Assembly (NCBI GenBank): GCA_035649875.1
Contig: DASRIR010000382.1
Location: 7,062 to 71,061, forward strand
Direction: 5' to 3'
DNA from: Burkholderiales bacterium
Lineage (GTDB): Bacteria; Pseudomonadota; Gammaproteobacteria; Burkholderiales; SG8-39
DNA length: 64,000 nucleotides
The notes under the pieces are model-generated. The model was not told the DNA's origin and made no database searches. It was given only the letters and a program-made list of their open reading frames with translations. Each line of letters starts with the position of its first letter. Position 1 is the stretch's first letter. The position numbers and the translations under genes are program-made. Positions 50,230-60,165 of the stretch are shown in pieces.

Positions 50230-51629
50230 AGTCCTTCGACGTGGTGGTGATCGGCGGCGGGCCGGGCGGCTATATCGCCGCGATCCGCGCCGCGCAGCTC
50301 GGCTTCAATACCGCCTGCATCGACGAGTGGAAGGGCGCCGACGGCAAGCCCGCGCTCGGCGGCACCTGCACCAACGTGGGCTGCATCCCGTCCAAGGCGC
50401 TGCTCCAGTCCTCCGAGAACTACGAGCAGGCCGGCCACCACTTTGCCGAGCACGGCGTGAAGGTGACAGGGCTCGAGCTCGATCTCGCGCAGATGATGAA
50501 GCGCAAGGACAAGGTGGTGAAGTCGAACAACGACGGCATCGTCTACCTTTTCAAGAAGAACAAGATCACCTTCTTCCACGGGCGCGGCAGTTTCGGCAAG
50601 TCGGCCAGCGAGGTGGTCGTCGGGGAGGAGACCCTGCAGGCGAAGCAGGTGATCGTGGCGACCGGCTCGAACCCCCGCGCCCTGCCGGGCGTCGAGTTCG
50701 ACGAGAAGCTGATCCTCAGCAACAGCGGGGCGCTTTCCATTCCCGAAGTCCCCAAGCGGCTGGGCGTGATCGGCGCAGGGATCATCGGCCTGGAGATGGG
50801 CAGCGTCTGGCGGCGGCTCGGCGCGGAGGTCACGATCCTCGAGGCGCTGCCGGCATTCCTGGGAATCGCTGATGAGGCGATCTCAAAAGAGGCCGCCAAG
50901 GTGTTTGCCAGGCAGGGTCTGAAGATCGAGCTGGGGGTCAAGGTTGGCTCGATCGAAAGGAAGAAAACAGTTAAGGTTCAATATAATGCGGCAGATAACT
51001 CATCTAAAACCTTGGAGTGTGATCGGCTCATCGTGTCCATTGGCCGAGTACCAAACACGGACGGCCTGAACGCCAAAGCGGTGGGCTTGAAACTGGACGA
51101 GCGCGGTTTCATCGCGGTCGACGAGGACTGCCGCACCAGCTTGCCGAACGTCTGGGCGATCGGCGACGTGGTGCGCGGCCCGATGCTCGCCCACAAGGCC
51201 GAGGAGGAAGGCGTGGTGGTGGCCGAGCGCATCGCCGGCCAAAAGCCGCACCTCGATTTCAACACCATCCCCTCGGTGATCTACACCAGCCCGGAGATCG
51301 CCTGGGTCGGCAGGACCGAGCAGCAGCTGAAGAGCGAGGGCGTGGACTACCGCACCGGGGTGTTTCCGTTCTCGGCCAACGCGCGGGCGCGGGCGCTGGG
51401 CGATACCACGGGGCTGGTGAAATTCATCGCGGATTCAAGAACCGATCAGATCCTCGGCGTGCACATTCTGGGCCCCTTCGCCTCCGAGCTGATCTCGGAA
51501 GCGGTGGTGGCGATGGAGTTCCGCGGCTCGGCCGAGGACATCGGCATGATCATCCACGCGCATCCCTCCCTCTCTGAAGCGCTGAAGGACGCGGCGCTCG
51601 GGGTCGACAAGCGCTCGCTCAACATTTGA
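50226..51629 (+). CDS. lpdA: dihydrolipoyl dehydrogenase (E3)
   Basis: [11 protein letters not shown] and redox disulfide [14 protein letters not shown]-terminal [13 protein letters not shown] overlap with sucB. Confidence 0.95.
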   Translation: MKSFDVVVIGGGPGGYIAAIRAAQLGFNTACIDEWKGADGKPALGGTCTNVGCIPSKALLQSSENYEQAGHHFAEHGVKVTGLELDLAQMMKRKDKVVKSNNDGIVYLFKKNKITFFHGRGSFGKSASEVVVGEETLQAKQVIVATGSNPRALPGVEFDEKLILSNSGALSIPEVPKRLGVIGAGIIGLEMGSVWRRLGAEVTILEALPAFLGIADEAISKEAAKVFARQGLKIELGVKVGSIERKKTVKVQYNAADNSSKTLECDRLIVSIGRVPNTDGLNAKAVGLKLDERGFIAVDEDCRTSLPNVWAIGDVVRGPMLAHKAEEEGVVVAERIAGQKPHLDFNTIPSVIYTSPEIAWVGRTEQQLKSEGVDYRTGVFPFSANARARALGDTTGLVKFIADSRTDQILGVHILGPFASELISEAVVAMEFRGSAEDIGMIIHAHPSLSEALKDAALGVDKRSLNI

Positions 51630-52711
51630 GCCAAGACGTAGTTTCGTACTACCGGCAGAACCTCGCGCGCCGCGGCTTCGTCCAGGATTCATCTCAGTGG
51701 CGCGCGGTCGAGCGCCTGCAACGCTTGTTCGAAGAATGGAGCGCGTACAAGAAGCGCCGTGATACGGCGCTAAAGCGCCTGATCGTCAAGCCGCCGCTGC
51801 CCAAGGGCGTATACCTCTGGGGCCCGGTCGGGCGCGGCAAGAGCTTCCTGATGGACGCGTTCTATCTGTGCGTGCCGCTGGTGCGCAAGCGGCGCGTGCA
51901 CTTCCATCACTTCATGCGCGAGATCCACCGCGAGCTCGACCAGCTGAAGGATACCGAGGACCCGATCGCGGAGGTCGCCGCGCGCACGGCGCGGCGCCAT
52001 CGGTTGATCTGCTTCGACGAGTTCCACGTCTCCGACATCGCCGACGCGATGATCCTCGGGCGCTTCCTCGAGCAGGTCATGGATCGCGGCGTCGAGTTCG
52101 TCATGACCTCGAACTACCACCCCGACCAGCTCTACCCCGGCGGACTGCAGCGCGAGCGCTTCCTGCCGGCGATCGAGCTCTTGAAGGCCCGGCTCGACGT
52201 GGTCAGCGTGGACGGCGGCACCGACTACCGGCGCCTGAAAATGGAGCAGGTGCAGGTTTACCACCTGGCCGAGGCGCCGATGGCGAGAATCTTCGACGAG
52301 CTGAAAGACGTCGAGGAAGAGCGCCAGCCGCTCGATGTCGAGGGAAGAAACATTCCGTATCGCAAGCGCGCCGGGGGACTCGTGTGGTTCGACTTTCAGG
52401 CGCTCTGCGCCGGGCCGCGCTCCTACGCCGACTATGTCGACCTGGCGAAACGCTTCCATACCGTGATGCTGTCCGGTGTGCCGCGCATGTCGGCGAAGCA
52501 GTCGGATGCGGCGCGACGCTTTACCTGGCTCGTGGACGTCCTTTACGACGAGCGGATAAAGCTCGTGGTCTCGGCCGAGGCGGCGCCCGAGGAACTGTTC
52601 ATCGAAGGCGACAATTCCGCCGATTTCCAGCGCACCGTGAGCCGGCTGCATGAAATCCAGTCGGCCGAATACCGCCTGCTGCCGGCCAGGCGGGTAGCAT
52701 TGACGGCATGA
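51626..52711 (+). CDS. zapE: cell-division protein ZapE (AFG1-family ATPase)
   Basis: TTG start overlapping the lpdA stop. Walker A GPVGRGKSFLMD and Walker B LICFDEFHVSD. Confidence 0.88.
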   Translation: MSQDVVSYYRQNLARRGFVQDSSQWRAVERLQRLFEEWSAYKKRRDTALKRLIVKPPLPKGVYLWGPVGRGKSFLMDAFYLCVPLVRKRRVHFHHFMREIHRELDQLKDTEDPIAEVAARTARRHRLICFDEFHVSDIADAMILGRFLEQVMDRGVEFVMTSNYHPDQLYPGGLQRERFLPAIELLKARLDVVSVDGGTDYRRLKMEQVQVYHLAEAPMARIFDELKDVEEERQPLDVEGRNIPYRKRAGGLVWFDFQALCAGPRSYADYVDLAKRFHTVMLSGVPRMSAKQSDAARRFTWLVDVLYDERIKLVVSAEAAPEELFIEGDNSADFQRTVSRLHEIQSAEYRLLPARRVALTA

Positions 52712-53658
52712 AAACCGTCATCGCAGTCCTGCTGGCACTCTTCTCGAGCCTTGCGGTTGCTCAGGCTTATCCCACCAAACCCATCCGTCTCATCATTCCC
52801 TTCCCGCCTGGGGGCTCGAACGACGTGGTCGGTCGCGCGATGGGCCAGCAGCTGGCAGAAAAGCTGGGCCAGGGCGTGGTGATCGACAACCGCGGCGGCG
52901 CCGGCGGAGTCATCGGCACCAACGAAGCGGCGAAGGCCCCGCCCGACGGCTACACGCTGCTCCTCATTTCGACCGCGTTCCCGACCAGCATCGGCTTCAG
53001 CCGGCTGCCGCAGGACGCGATGAAGTCCTTCGCGCCGGTGGCGATGCTCGGCAGCGGCCCCGCGCTGTTGGTGGTGCCGGCGAGCTCGCCCGCGAACTCG
53101 GTCAGCGATCTTTTGAATTCGCTGAAGGAGAAACCCGGCGAGCTCAACGCCGCGGCGGCGGGCATCGGCAGCTTCCAGCACATGGCGACTGAGCTCTTCC
53201 GCCTGCAGTCGAAGACCAACTTCGTGATCGTGCAATACAAGGGCGGCGGCCCGGCGTTGACCGACACCATCGGCGGCCAGGTGCATTTCAACCTCGGCAG
53301 CCTGGTGCAGATGGTTCCGCACGTGCGCTCGGGGAAGCTGAAGGCGCTCGGTGTGAGCAGCGCGAAGCGCGTTCCGGCGATGCCCGAGGTGCCGACTATC
53401 GCCGAAGCCGGCGTGCCGGGCTACGAGGTGAGCAACTGGTGGGGCATCCTCGCGCCCGCGGGCACGCCGCAGCCGGTGCTCGACCGGCTCTACAAGGAAC
53501 TGACCGCGATCCTCGATTCGGTGGAAACGCGCAAGCGCTTCGAGCTCGAAGGAGCGGAAGTCGTGCGCATGAAACCATCGGAATTCGCGTCTTTCGTCAC
53601 GCAGGAGACCGAAAAGTGGACCCGCGTAGTTAAAGAAGCTGGCATAAAGCCGGAGTAA
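52708..53658 (+). CDS. Bug-family (TctC-like) substrate-binding protein, second copy
   Basis: Signal peptide, then AYPTKPIRLIIPFPPGGSNDVVGR. ATGA overlap with zapE. Confidence 0.85.
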   Translation: MKTVIAVLLALFSSLAVAQAYPTKPIRLIIPFPPGGSNDVVGRAMGQQLAEKLGQGVVIDNRGGAGGVIGTNEAAKAPPDGYTLLLISTAFPTSIGFSRLPQDAMKSFAPVAMLGSGPALLVVPASSPANSVSDLLNSLKEKPGELNAAAAGIGSFQHMATELFRLQSKTNFVIVQYKGGGPALTDTIGGQVHFNLGSLVQMVPHVRSGKLKALGVSSAKRVPAMPEVPTIAEAGVPGYEVSNWWGILAPAGTPQPVLDRLYKELTAILDSVETRKRFELEGAEVVRMKPSEFASFVTQETEKWTRVVKEAGIKPE

Positions 53659-53661
53659 CCC

Positions 53662-54672
53662 ATGGAACGCTTCAAAGCCTACAAACTTTCCGAAGTAAAG
53701 GACGAGAAGGCGGCCGGCATGAAAATCCGCGCCGAGTTCGTCGATCTCACGCTCGACGACTTGGATCCGGGCGACGTCGTGGTCCGCGTCGCGTATTCCG
53801 ACGTGAACTACAAGGACGCGCTCGCCGCCACCGGCAAGGGCAAGATCCTGCGGCGCCCCAGCTGCGTCGGCGGCATCGATCTCTCCGGCACGGTGGTGAG
53901 CTCGAAGGATCCCGAGTTCGCAAAAGGGGACGCCGTCGTCGGCATCGGCTTCGATCTGGGCGTCTCGCACCACGGCGGCTACGCGCAGTACGCGCGGGTG
54001 CCGGGCGCCTGGCTGATGAAGCTGCCGAAGGGCATGTCGCTCTGGGACGCAATGGCGTTCGGCACCGCCGGCTACACCGCCGGCATCGCCATCGTGCGCA
54101 TGGAGCACGAAGGGCTCAAGCCCTCGAGCGGGCCGGTGCTGGTGAACGGCGCGACCGGCGGCGTCGGCTCGATCGCGCTCGCGGCGCTCGCGCGCCTGGG
54201 CTATCACGTGGTCGCGCTGACCGGGAAGGAAAGCGAAGCCGACTGGCTGAAGAAGCTCGGCGCCAAGGAGGTTCTGCCGAGGTCGAGCCTGAACCTCGAA
54301 AAGATCAGGCCGCTCGACAAGTCGACCTGGGCCGGCGCGATCGACAATCTCGGCGGCGAGGTGCTGTCGTGGATCTGTAGCACCATGAAGGACAACGGCG
54401 TCATCGGCTCGGTCGGCCTCGCGGCGAGCGCGAATCTCAACACCACCGTCATGCCCTTCATCCTGCGCGGAGTGCGGCTGCTCGGCATCAATTCCGGCGA
54501 GAGCTCGAACGACGTGCGCGAGACCGTCTGGCGCCGTCTCGGCACCGACATGAGGCCGCCGCTCCTCAAGGAAATGGCGCGCACCGTGCCCTTCAACCAG
54601 CTGCCGTCGGTGTTCGACGACTTCATCAACGCGAAGGTGACGCGCCGCGTGGTGGTGGACCTCGCGGAATGA
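53662..54672 (+). CDS. acuI: acrylyl-CoA reductase AcuI/YhdH-family NADPH:quinone-type oxidoreductase
   Basis: Collinear with E. coli YhdH. SDVNYKDALAATGKGKILRR, GTAGYTAG, VNGATGGVGS and TTVMPFILRGVRLLGI. Confidence 0.85.
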   Translation: MERFKAYKLSEVKDEKAAGMKIRAEFVDLTLDDLDPGDVVVRVAYSDVNYKDALAATGKGKILRRPSCVGGIDLSGTVVSSKDPEFAKGDAVVGIGFDLGVSHHGGYAQYARVPGAWLMKLPKGMSLWDAMAFGTAGYTAGIAIVRMEHEGLKPSSGPVLVNGATGGVGSIALAALARLGYHVVALTGKESEADWLKKLGAKEVLPRSSLNLEKIRPLDKSTWAGAIDNLGGEVLSWICSTMKDNGVIGSVGLAASANLNTTVMPFILRGVRLLGINSGESSNDVRETVWRRLGTDMRPPLLKEMARTVPFNQLPSVFDDFINAKVTRRVVVDLAE

Positions 54673-54681
54673 GCCCCTAGC

Positions 54682-55758
54682 ATGGCCCGGACCACCGAAC
54701 TGCCGCAACGCCGGGTGCTGGTGGTCGACGATTCGAAGTTCGTGCGCACGACCTTCGCATCCATCCTCAAGGCGTCGTTCGGCGTGCGCGAGGAGGCCGA
54801 CGGCGAGGCGGCGTGGGACGCGGTGGAGGGCGACCCGTCGCTGATCATGGTGTTCACGGACCTCGACATGCCGAGGCTGGACGGCTTCGGGCTGCTTTCA
54901 CGCATCCGGGGGTCGAGCGACCGGCGCATCAAGCAGCTGCCGGTCGTGGTGATCTCCGGCCACGAGGAGGCCGGGATGAAGCAGCGCGCGCGCGAGTTGG
55001 GCGCCAACGACTTCATCGCCAAGTCGGCCGATGCGCCCGAAGTGCTTTCGCGCATCGACAACCTGCTTCGCCTGGTGCGCACGAGCAACGAGCTCGACCA
55101 GAGCCGCGAGGCGGTGCAGCGCACCGCGACGCACGACCCGCTCACCGGTACGCACACGCCGCATTACCTCGTAACCGAGGGCCGCAAGCACTTCGCGCAC
55201 GTGCGCCGGCACGGCGGCCAGCTGTCGGTGATGGCGCTGCGCTTGGACAGCTACGACGACATCGCGCTTGCCGCCGGCAAGGATATCGCGGACGTGATCG
55301 TCACGCGGATCGCGAAGCTGGTGATGGACAAGGTGCGCACCGAGGATTCCGTGGCGCGCGTGGCGCAGGCCACCTTCGTGGTCGTGGCGGCCGGCGCGGC
55401 TGCGCCGCAGATGCTGGCGGTCGGGCAGCGTCTGCGGCGCGAGCTCGACCAGGCCAAGGTCAAGCACCGTGACCAGGCGCTCAAGTTCGTGAGCAGCCTT
55501 GGCGTCGCCTCCGCCGCGGATCCGGCGAATTCCATCGAGGACCTGATGCGTCTCGCGCTGCAGCGGCTGCAGCGCGCGCCGGCCGCGCCGGCGGCCCCCG
55601 CGGCGCCGGCGGCCGGCATGCCGGCCGACCTCGAGCGCATCCTGCGCTTCCTCGAGGGTGCGGACATCGCGCGCTTCGGCGCCGCGGCCGACGAGTTCGC
55701 GCGGCGACTGAAGCGCATCGCAAAAGCGATCCAGGCCAAACGCGCGCGATCGAACTAG
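54682..55758 (+). CDS. response regulator: intact REC domain plus degenerate GGDEF domain (A-site lost, RxxD I-site retained) plus helical tail
   Basis: The REC domain has VLVVDDS, FTDLDMP, VVVISG and FIAKS. The GGDEF domain starts at THDPLTG. The GG(D/E)EF position reads AQATF, and RTED lies exactly 5 residues upstream (RTED-SVARV-AQATF). A (PAA)4 linker and ~50 aa of helix follow. Confidence 0.8.
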   Translation: MARTTELPQRRVLVVDDSKFVRTTFASILKASFGVREEADGEAAWDAVEGDPSLIMVFTDLDMPRLDGFGLLSRIRGSSDRRIKQLPVVVISGHEEAGMKQRARELGANDFIAKSADAPEVLSRIDNLLRLVRTSNELDQSREAVQRTATHDPLTGTHTPHYLVTEGRKHFAHVRRHGGQLSVMALRLDSYDDIALAAGKDIADVIVTRIAKLVMDKVRTEDSVARVAQATFVVVAAGAAAPQMLAVGQRLRRELDQAKVKHRDQALKFVSSLGVASAADPANSIEDLMRLALQRLQRAPAAPAAPAAPAAGMPADLERILRFLEGADIARFGAAADEFARRLKRIAKAIQAKRARSN

Positions 55759-55768
55759 AATCGGGCCG

Positions 55769-57634
55769 GTGACGACGTACCGCGATTTCCACCGCCGCTC
55801 CATTGCCGATCGCGAAAGCTTCTGGGCAGAGGAAGCCAAGCTCGTGCACTGGAACAAGCCGTTTTCCCAGGTCCTCGATTACTCGCGGCCGCCGTTCGCG
55901 AAGTGGTTCGTCGGCGGCGAGACTAACCTCTGCTACAACGCGGTCGATCGCCATGTCGCGCGGCGCGGCGAGCAGAAGGCGCTGGTCTGGATCTCCACCG
56001 AAGTGGGCGAGACCCGCAGCTTCACCTACCGGGAGCTGTTCGACGAGGTCAACCGGGTCGCCGCGATGATGCAGGCGTTCGGCGTGAAGAAGGGCGACCG
56101 CGTCATCATCTACATGCCGATGGTTCCCGAGGCCGCGTTCGCGATCCTCGCCTGCGCGCGCATCGGCGCGATCCACTCGGTGGTGTTCGGCGGATTCGCG
56201 GCCGCCAGCCTCGCCGCGCGCATCGACGACGCCAGGCCCGCGCTGATGGTCACCGCCGACGGCGGCAGCCGCATGGGCAAGGCCGTACTCTACAAGTCGC
56301 TGGTCGACGAATCGATCCGGCTGGCCAAGCATCCGCCGAAGAAGGTGCTGCTGTTCTCGAGGGGGCTGGACAAGGCGATGCCGGTGGTCGCCGGGCGCGA
56401 TGTCGATTGGGCGCAATCAAGAGAACAGCACCTGAACGCGAGGGTGGACTGCGCCTGGATCGAGTCGAACCAGCCTTCCTACATCCTCTACACCTCCGGC
56501 ACCACCGGGCGCCCGAAGGGCGTGCAGCGCGACGTGGGCGGCTATGCGGTCGCGCTCGCTTCGTCGATGAAGCGCATCTTCTGCGGCGACCCCGGCGAGA
56601 CCATGTTCACCACCTCCGACATCGGCTGGGTGGTGGGGCACTCCTACATCATCTACGCGCCGCTGATCGCGGGCATGACGACCATCCTGTACGAGGGCGT
56701 GCCGATCCGGCCCGACCCGGGCGTGTGGTGGAAGATCGTGCAGGACTACAAGGTCGCGGTGATGTTCTCCGCGCCGACAGCCATTCGCGTGCTGAAGAAG
56801 CACGATGTCTCGTTCTTGAAAAAGTATGACTCGTCGTCGCTCAAGCACCTCTTCCTGGCGGGCGAGCCGCTCGACGAGCCGACGCATGTCTGGATCAGCG
56901 ACGCGCTGGGCCGGCCGGTGATCGACCACTACTGGCAGACCGAGACCGGGTGGCCGCTGCTTTCCGCGCATCCCGGCATCGAGAAGACCAAGCTCAAGAT
57001 GGGCTCGCCGAGTTTCCCGGTCTACGGCTACGACGTCCGCCTGCTGCATGAGCAGACCGGAAAGCCGGTGGCCGACGGCGAGAAAGGCGTGGTGACGATT
57101 GCGCCGCCGCTCCCGCCGGGATGCATGACCACGGTGTGGGGCGACGATGAGCGCTTCGTGCAGACCTATTTCAAGGACTTCCAGGGCATCTACTCGACCT
57201 TCGACTGGGGCATCCGCGACCAGGAAGGCTACTACTTCATCCTCGGCCGCACCGACGACGTGATCAACGTCGCCGGACACCGCCTCGGCACGCGCGAGAT
57301 CGAGGAGGCGGTGAACATGCATCCCAACGTCGCGGAGTGCGCGGTGGTTGGCGTGGCGGACCCGGTCAAGGGCCAGATGCCGCTCGCTTTCGCGGTCCTG
57401 AAAGACGCGTCGAAGGCCACTTCGGCCGAGGACGTGATGAAGACCGTCGACAAGCAGCTCGGCGCCATCGCGCGGCCGAAGGCGGTGCACTTCGTCTCGC
57501 TCCTGCCCAAGACGCGCTCGGGCAAGACGCTGCGCCGCTCGATCCAGGCGCTTGCCGAGGGGCGCGACCCCGGCGACCTCACCACCATCGAAGATCCCAA
57601 CGCACTGGAGCAAATCCGACAGGCCCTGAGATGA
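55769..57634 (+). CDS. prpE: propionate--CoA ligase
   Basis: GTG start. Collinear with Salmonella PrpE. FWAEEAKLVHWNKPF, YTSGTTGRPKGVQRDVGGY, TFDWGIRDQEGYYFILGRTDDVINVAGHRLGTREIEE and LPKTRSGKTLRRSIQ. Confidence 0.9.
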   Translation: MTTYRDFHRRSIADRESFWAEEAKLVHWNKPFSQVLDYSRPPFAKWFVGGETNLCYNAVDRHVARRGEQKALVWISTEVGETRSFTYRELFDEVNRVAAMMQAFGVKKGDRVIIYMPMVPEAAFAILACARIGAIHSVVFGGFAAASLAARIDDARPALMVTADGGSRMGKAVLYKSLVDESIRLAKHPPKKVLLFSRGLDKAMPVVAGRDVDWAQSREQHLNARVDCAWIESNQPSYILYTSGTTGRPKGVQRDVGGYAVALASSMKRIFCGDPGETMFTTSDIGWVVGHSYIIYAPLIAGMTTILYEGVPIRPDPGVWWKIVQDYKVAVMFSAPTAIRVLKKHDVSFLKKYDSSSLKHLFLAGEPLDEPTHVWISDALGRPVIDHYWQTETGWPLLSAHPGIEKTKLKMGSPSFPVYGYDVRLLHEQTGKPVADGEKGVVTIAPPLPPGCMTTVWGDDERFVQTYFKDFQGIYSTFDWGIRDQEGYYFILGRTDDVINVAGHRLGTREIEEAVNMHPNVAECAVVGVADPVKGQMPLAFAVLKDASKATSAEDVMKTVDKQLGAIARPKAVHFVSLLPKTRSGKTLRRSIQALAEGRDPGDLTTIEDPNALEQIRQALR

Positions 57635-58032
57635 AAACCCGACCCATGCTGACGCTGGAGGACTGCCGCAAGATCACCGCCGCCTCCGAGGCCGAGGCGA
57701 GGAAAAACAACTGGAATGTGTGCATCGCGATCCTCGACGACGGCGGGCACCTGCTGCACCTCGCGCGCATGGATGGCGCGACCCCCGCCAACGCGCGCAT
57801 CGCCGTTGAGAAGGGCCGCACCGCGGCCGAGACGCGCCGCTCGACCGCCGTCTGGCAGGAGCGCATCAAGCCGCGCCCCGAGATGCTGCGCATGCCCGGC
57901 ATCACCCCGATCCAGGGCGGCCTGCCGATCATGGTCGAAGGCACCTGCGTGGGAGGAGTCGGAATTTCGGGCGTGCAATCCCACGAGGACGAGCAGATCG
58001 CTGCCGCCGGCATCAAGGCCGTGACGGGATAA
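57631..58032 (+). CDS. GlcG/HbpS-like (DUF336) haem-binding-type protein
   Basis: Trimmed to the ATG at 57631 (ATGA overlap with prpE). 133 aa. LTLEDCRKITAASEAEARKNNWNVCIAILDDGGHLLHLARMDGA and GGVGISG motifs. Confidence 0.8.
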   Translation: MKTRPMLTLEDCRKITAASEAEARKNNWNVCIAILDDGGHLLHLARMDGATPANARIAVEKGRTAAETRRSTAVWQERIKPRPEMLRMPGITPIQGGLPIMVEGTCVGGVGISGVQSHEDEQIAAAGIKAVTG

Positions 58033-58041
58033 AGAGCAGGG

Positions 58042-59220
58042 TTGAAGCTTCTCATTGCGGGCGCGGGCATCGGCGGTCTCACTGCCGCGCTCGCCGCGCT
58101 GCGCGGGGGCCTGGACGTCGAAGTCTACGAGCAGGCGCCGGCGCTGAAGGAAGTCGGCGCCGGGCTGCAGCTGAGCGCGAACGGCACGCGCGTGTTCTAC
58201 GCGCTCGGCGTCGGCGAGGAGCTGAAGGCGCTATCCTGCGAGGCGAGCGGCAAGGAAATCCGGCTCTGGAACACCGGCGAGACCTGGAAGCTCTTCGATC
58301 TCGGCCAGGTTTCGCTCGAGCGCTACGGCTATCCGTACTTCACCGTCTACCGCCCGGAGCTGCTTGGCGTGCTCGCTTCCGCAGTCCGCCGCCTGAAGCC
58401 CGATGCCATTCATCTTGGCGCCAAGTGCCTGGGGTTTTCCCAATCCGACGCGAAGGTCCAGCTTCAACTCACGGATGAAACCCGCGAAGGCGATGCCCTG
58501 GTCGGCGCGGACGGCGTCCATTCAAGCATCCGCCAGGCGCTATTCGGTCCGGACAAGCCGCAGTTCACCGGCATCATCGCCTGGCGCGGCATCGTGCCGA
58601 TGGACCGGTTGCCGAGCCACATGGCGCGCATGATCGGCTCCAACTGGATCGGGCCGGCTGGGCACGTGGTCCACTACCCGCTGCGCGGCGGCCAGGTCAT
58701 GAATTTCGTCGGCGCGCTCGAGCGCGCCGACTGGCAGGTGGAGTCCTGGAGCGCGCGCGGCACGACCGAGGAGCTCGCGGCCGACTTCGAGGGCTGGCAC
58801 GAGGACGTCCATGCGCTGATTCGAAACCTTCCGGAGCCCCACAAATGGGCGCTGAAGGTGCGCCCGCCGATGCCGCGCTGGAGCGTCGGTCGCGTCACGC
58901 TGCTGGGCGATGCCTGCCACTCCATGGTGCCGTTCCTCGCCCAGGGCGCGGTGATGGCGATCGAGGACGGCTTCATTCTTTCTCGTTGCCTTCAGGAGTT
59001 TCCCCTTCCCGAGGCCGTTGTTCGGTACGAAAGCGCCAGGCGCGAGCGCACACGGCGCGCCGTCGATGGCTCGAGCGACAACATCCAGCGCTTTCACAAC
59101 CCGGCGCTCGCCGATCCGGTGAAGGCGCGCGAGTACGTCGAGCGCGAGTGGGCGCGGCAGAGCGTCGCCGCGCGCTACGAATGGCTATTCCGCTACGATG
59201 CCACCACTGCTGCACTCTGA
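58042..59220 (+). CDS. FAD-dependent aromatic monooxygenase (salicylate / 3-hydroxybenzoate 6- / 6-hydroxynicotinate 3-hydroxylase family)
   Basis: TTG start. KLLIAGAGIGGLTAALAL (GxGxxG), GADGVHSSIR and LLGDACHSMVPFLAQGAVMAIED. Substrate cannot be assigned from sequence alone. Confidence 0.85.
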   Translation: MKLLIAGAGIGGLTAALAALRGGLDVEVYEQAPALKEVGAGLQLSANGTRVFYALGVGEELKALSCEASGKEIRLWNTGETWKLFDLGQVSLERYGYPYFTVYRPELLGVLASAVRRLKPDAIHLGAKCLGFSQSDAKVQLQLTDETREGDALVGADGVHSSIRQALFGPDKPQFTGIIAWRGIVPMDRLPSHMARMIGSNWIGPAGHVVHYPLRGGQVMNFVGALERADWQVESWSARGTTEELAADFEGWHEDVHALIRNLPEPHKWALKVRPPMPRWSVGRVTLLGDACHSMVPFLAQGAVMAIEDGFILSRCLQEFPLPEAVVRYESARRERTRRAVDGSSDNIQRFHNPALADPVKAREYVEREWARQSVAARYEWLFRYDATTAAL

Positions 59221-59229
59221 GGACACGCC

Positions 59230-60165
59230 ATGAGAGGCGACGCCGCGCTGATCTCCGCACTGGAGCGCTCGAACATCCACCCGCTATGGGATCGCTACCA
59301 GCGCATCACGCCCATGGCGCCGAAGGCAAAGGATGCGCCGATGCACTGGCGCTGGCGCGACATCGAGCCTTTCGCGGAGCGCGCGGCGAAGGAAGTGGCG
59401 ATCGAGGACGTCGAGCGCCGCGCGCTGATCCTCGCGCACCCGGCGTTCGCGGGCGCGACCGTGACCACGCAGAACCTGATCGGCGCCTTCACCGTGCTCG
59501 AGCCGGGCGACAAGGCGGTGCCGCACCGGCACACCGCGGCGGCGATTCGTTTCTCCACCCGCGCGGAGGGCGCGGTCACCATCGTCAACGGCCGGCGCTG
59601 CGAGATGAAGGAGGGCGATCTCGTGCTGACGCCGCCCATGTGCTGGCACGGCCACATCAACCAGGGCGGGCGGCGCACCGTGTGGTTCGATGCCGCGAAC
59701 ATGCCCGCGATCTGCGCGCTCGACGCGAGCTTCTTCGAGCCCGGCACGCGCCAGGACGAGCGCTTCTGGGAAGTGGGCGACGCAGGCTCGTCGGAATATC
59801 GCTTTCCCGGAGCGGAGACCCGGAAGGCGCTTGTCTCCACGGCGGTAGGGGCCGATGGCGCCCGCACGTTCCGCTACACGAAGGATGGCGGCTCGGTCAT
59901 GCCGACGCTTGACCTGTTCTGGTCGAAAATCGAAGGCAGGACCCGCCCGAAGCGAGGCACCTACAACGCGATTTGCCTCGTGGTCTCGGGCGAGGGCCGC
60001 TCGACCGTAGGGGACGAGCGTTTCGAGTGGTCACGCCATGACGTCTTCACCATCCCGCACTGGACCTGGGCGAGCCACGAGGCACGCCAGGCGGCCGAGC
60101 TGTTCGTGGTCACCGACCGCGCGCTCTACGAGCGACTGGATCTCCTGCGCGAAGAAATAGGGTGA
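59230..60165 (+). CDS. gentisate 1,2-dioxygenase-like bicupin
   Basis: LWDRY...MHWRWRDIEP, LEPGDKAVPHRHTAAAIRF and GDLVLTPPMCWHGHIN fit the His-ligand pattern of the family. At 311 aa it is somewhat shorter than typical gentisate dioxygenases. Confidence 0.78.
   Translation: MRGDAALISALERSNIHPLWDRYQRITPMAPKAKDAPMHWRWRDIEPFAERAAKEVAIEDVERRALILAHPAFAGATVTTQNLIGAFTVLEPGDKAVPHRHTAAAIRFSTRAEGAVTIVNGRRCEMKEGDLVLTPPMCWHGHINQGGRRTVWFDAANMPAICALDASFFEPGTRQDERFWEVGDAGSSEYRFPGAETRKALVSTAVGADGARTFRYTKDGGSVMPTLDLFWSKIEGRTRPKRGTYNAICLVVSGEGRSTVGDERFEWSRHDVFTIPHWTWASHEARQAAELFVVTDRALYERLDLLREEIG

Noticed and set aside
55570-55625. Tandem GC-rich 9-nt repeats (encoding PAAPAAPAAPAA) and the Ala/Pro run in sucB (~49270-49345), considered as possible repeat or CRISPR-like elements
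   Set aside because: They are in-frame low-complexity linker-coding sequence inside genes, and Ala/Pro linkers are standard in E2 enzymes. There is no spacer-repeat architecture. No CRISPR array is present in the window.
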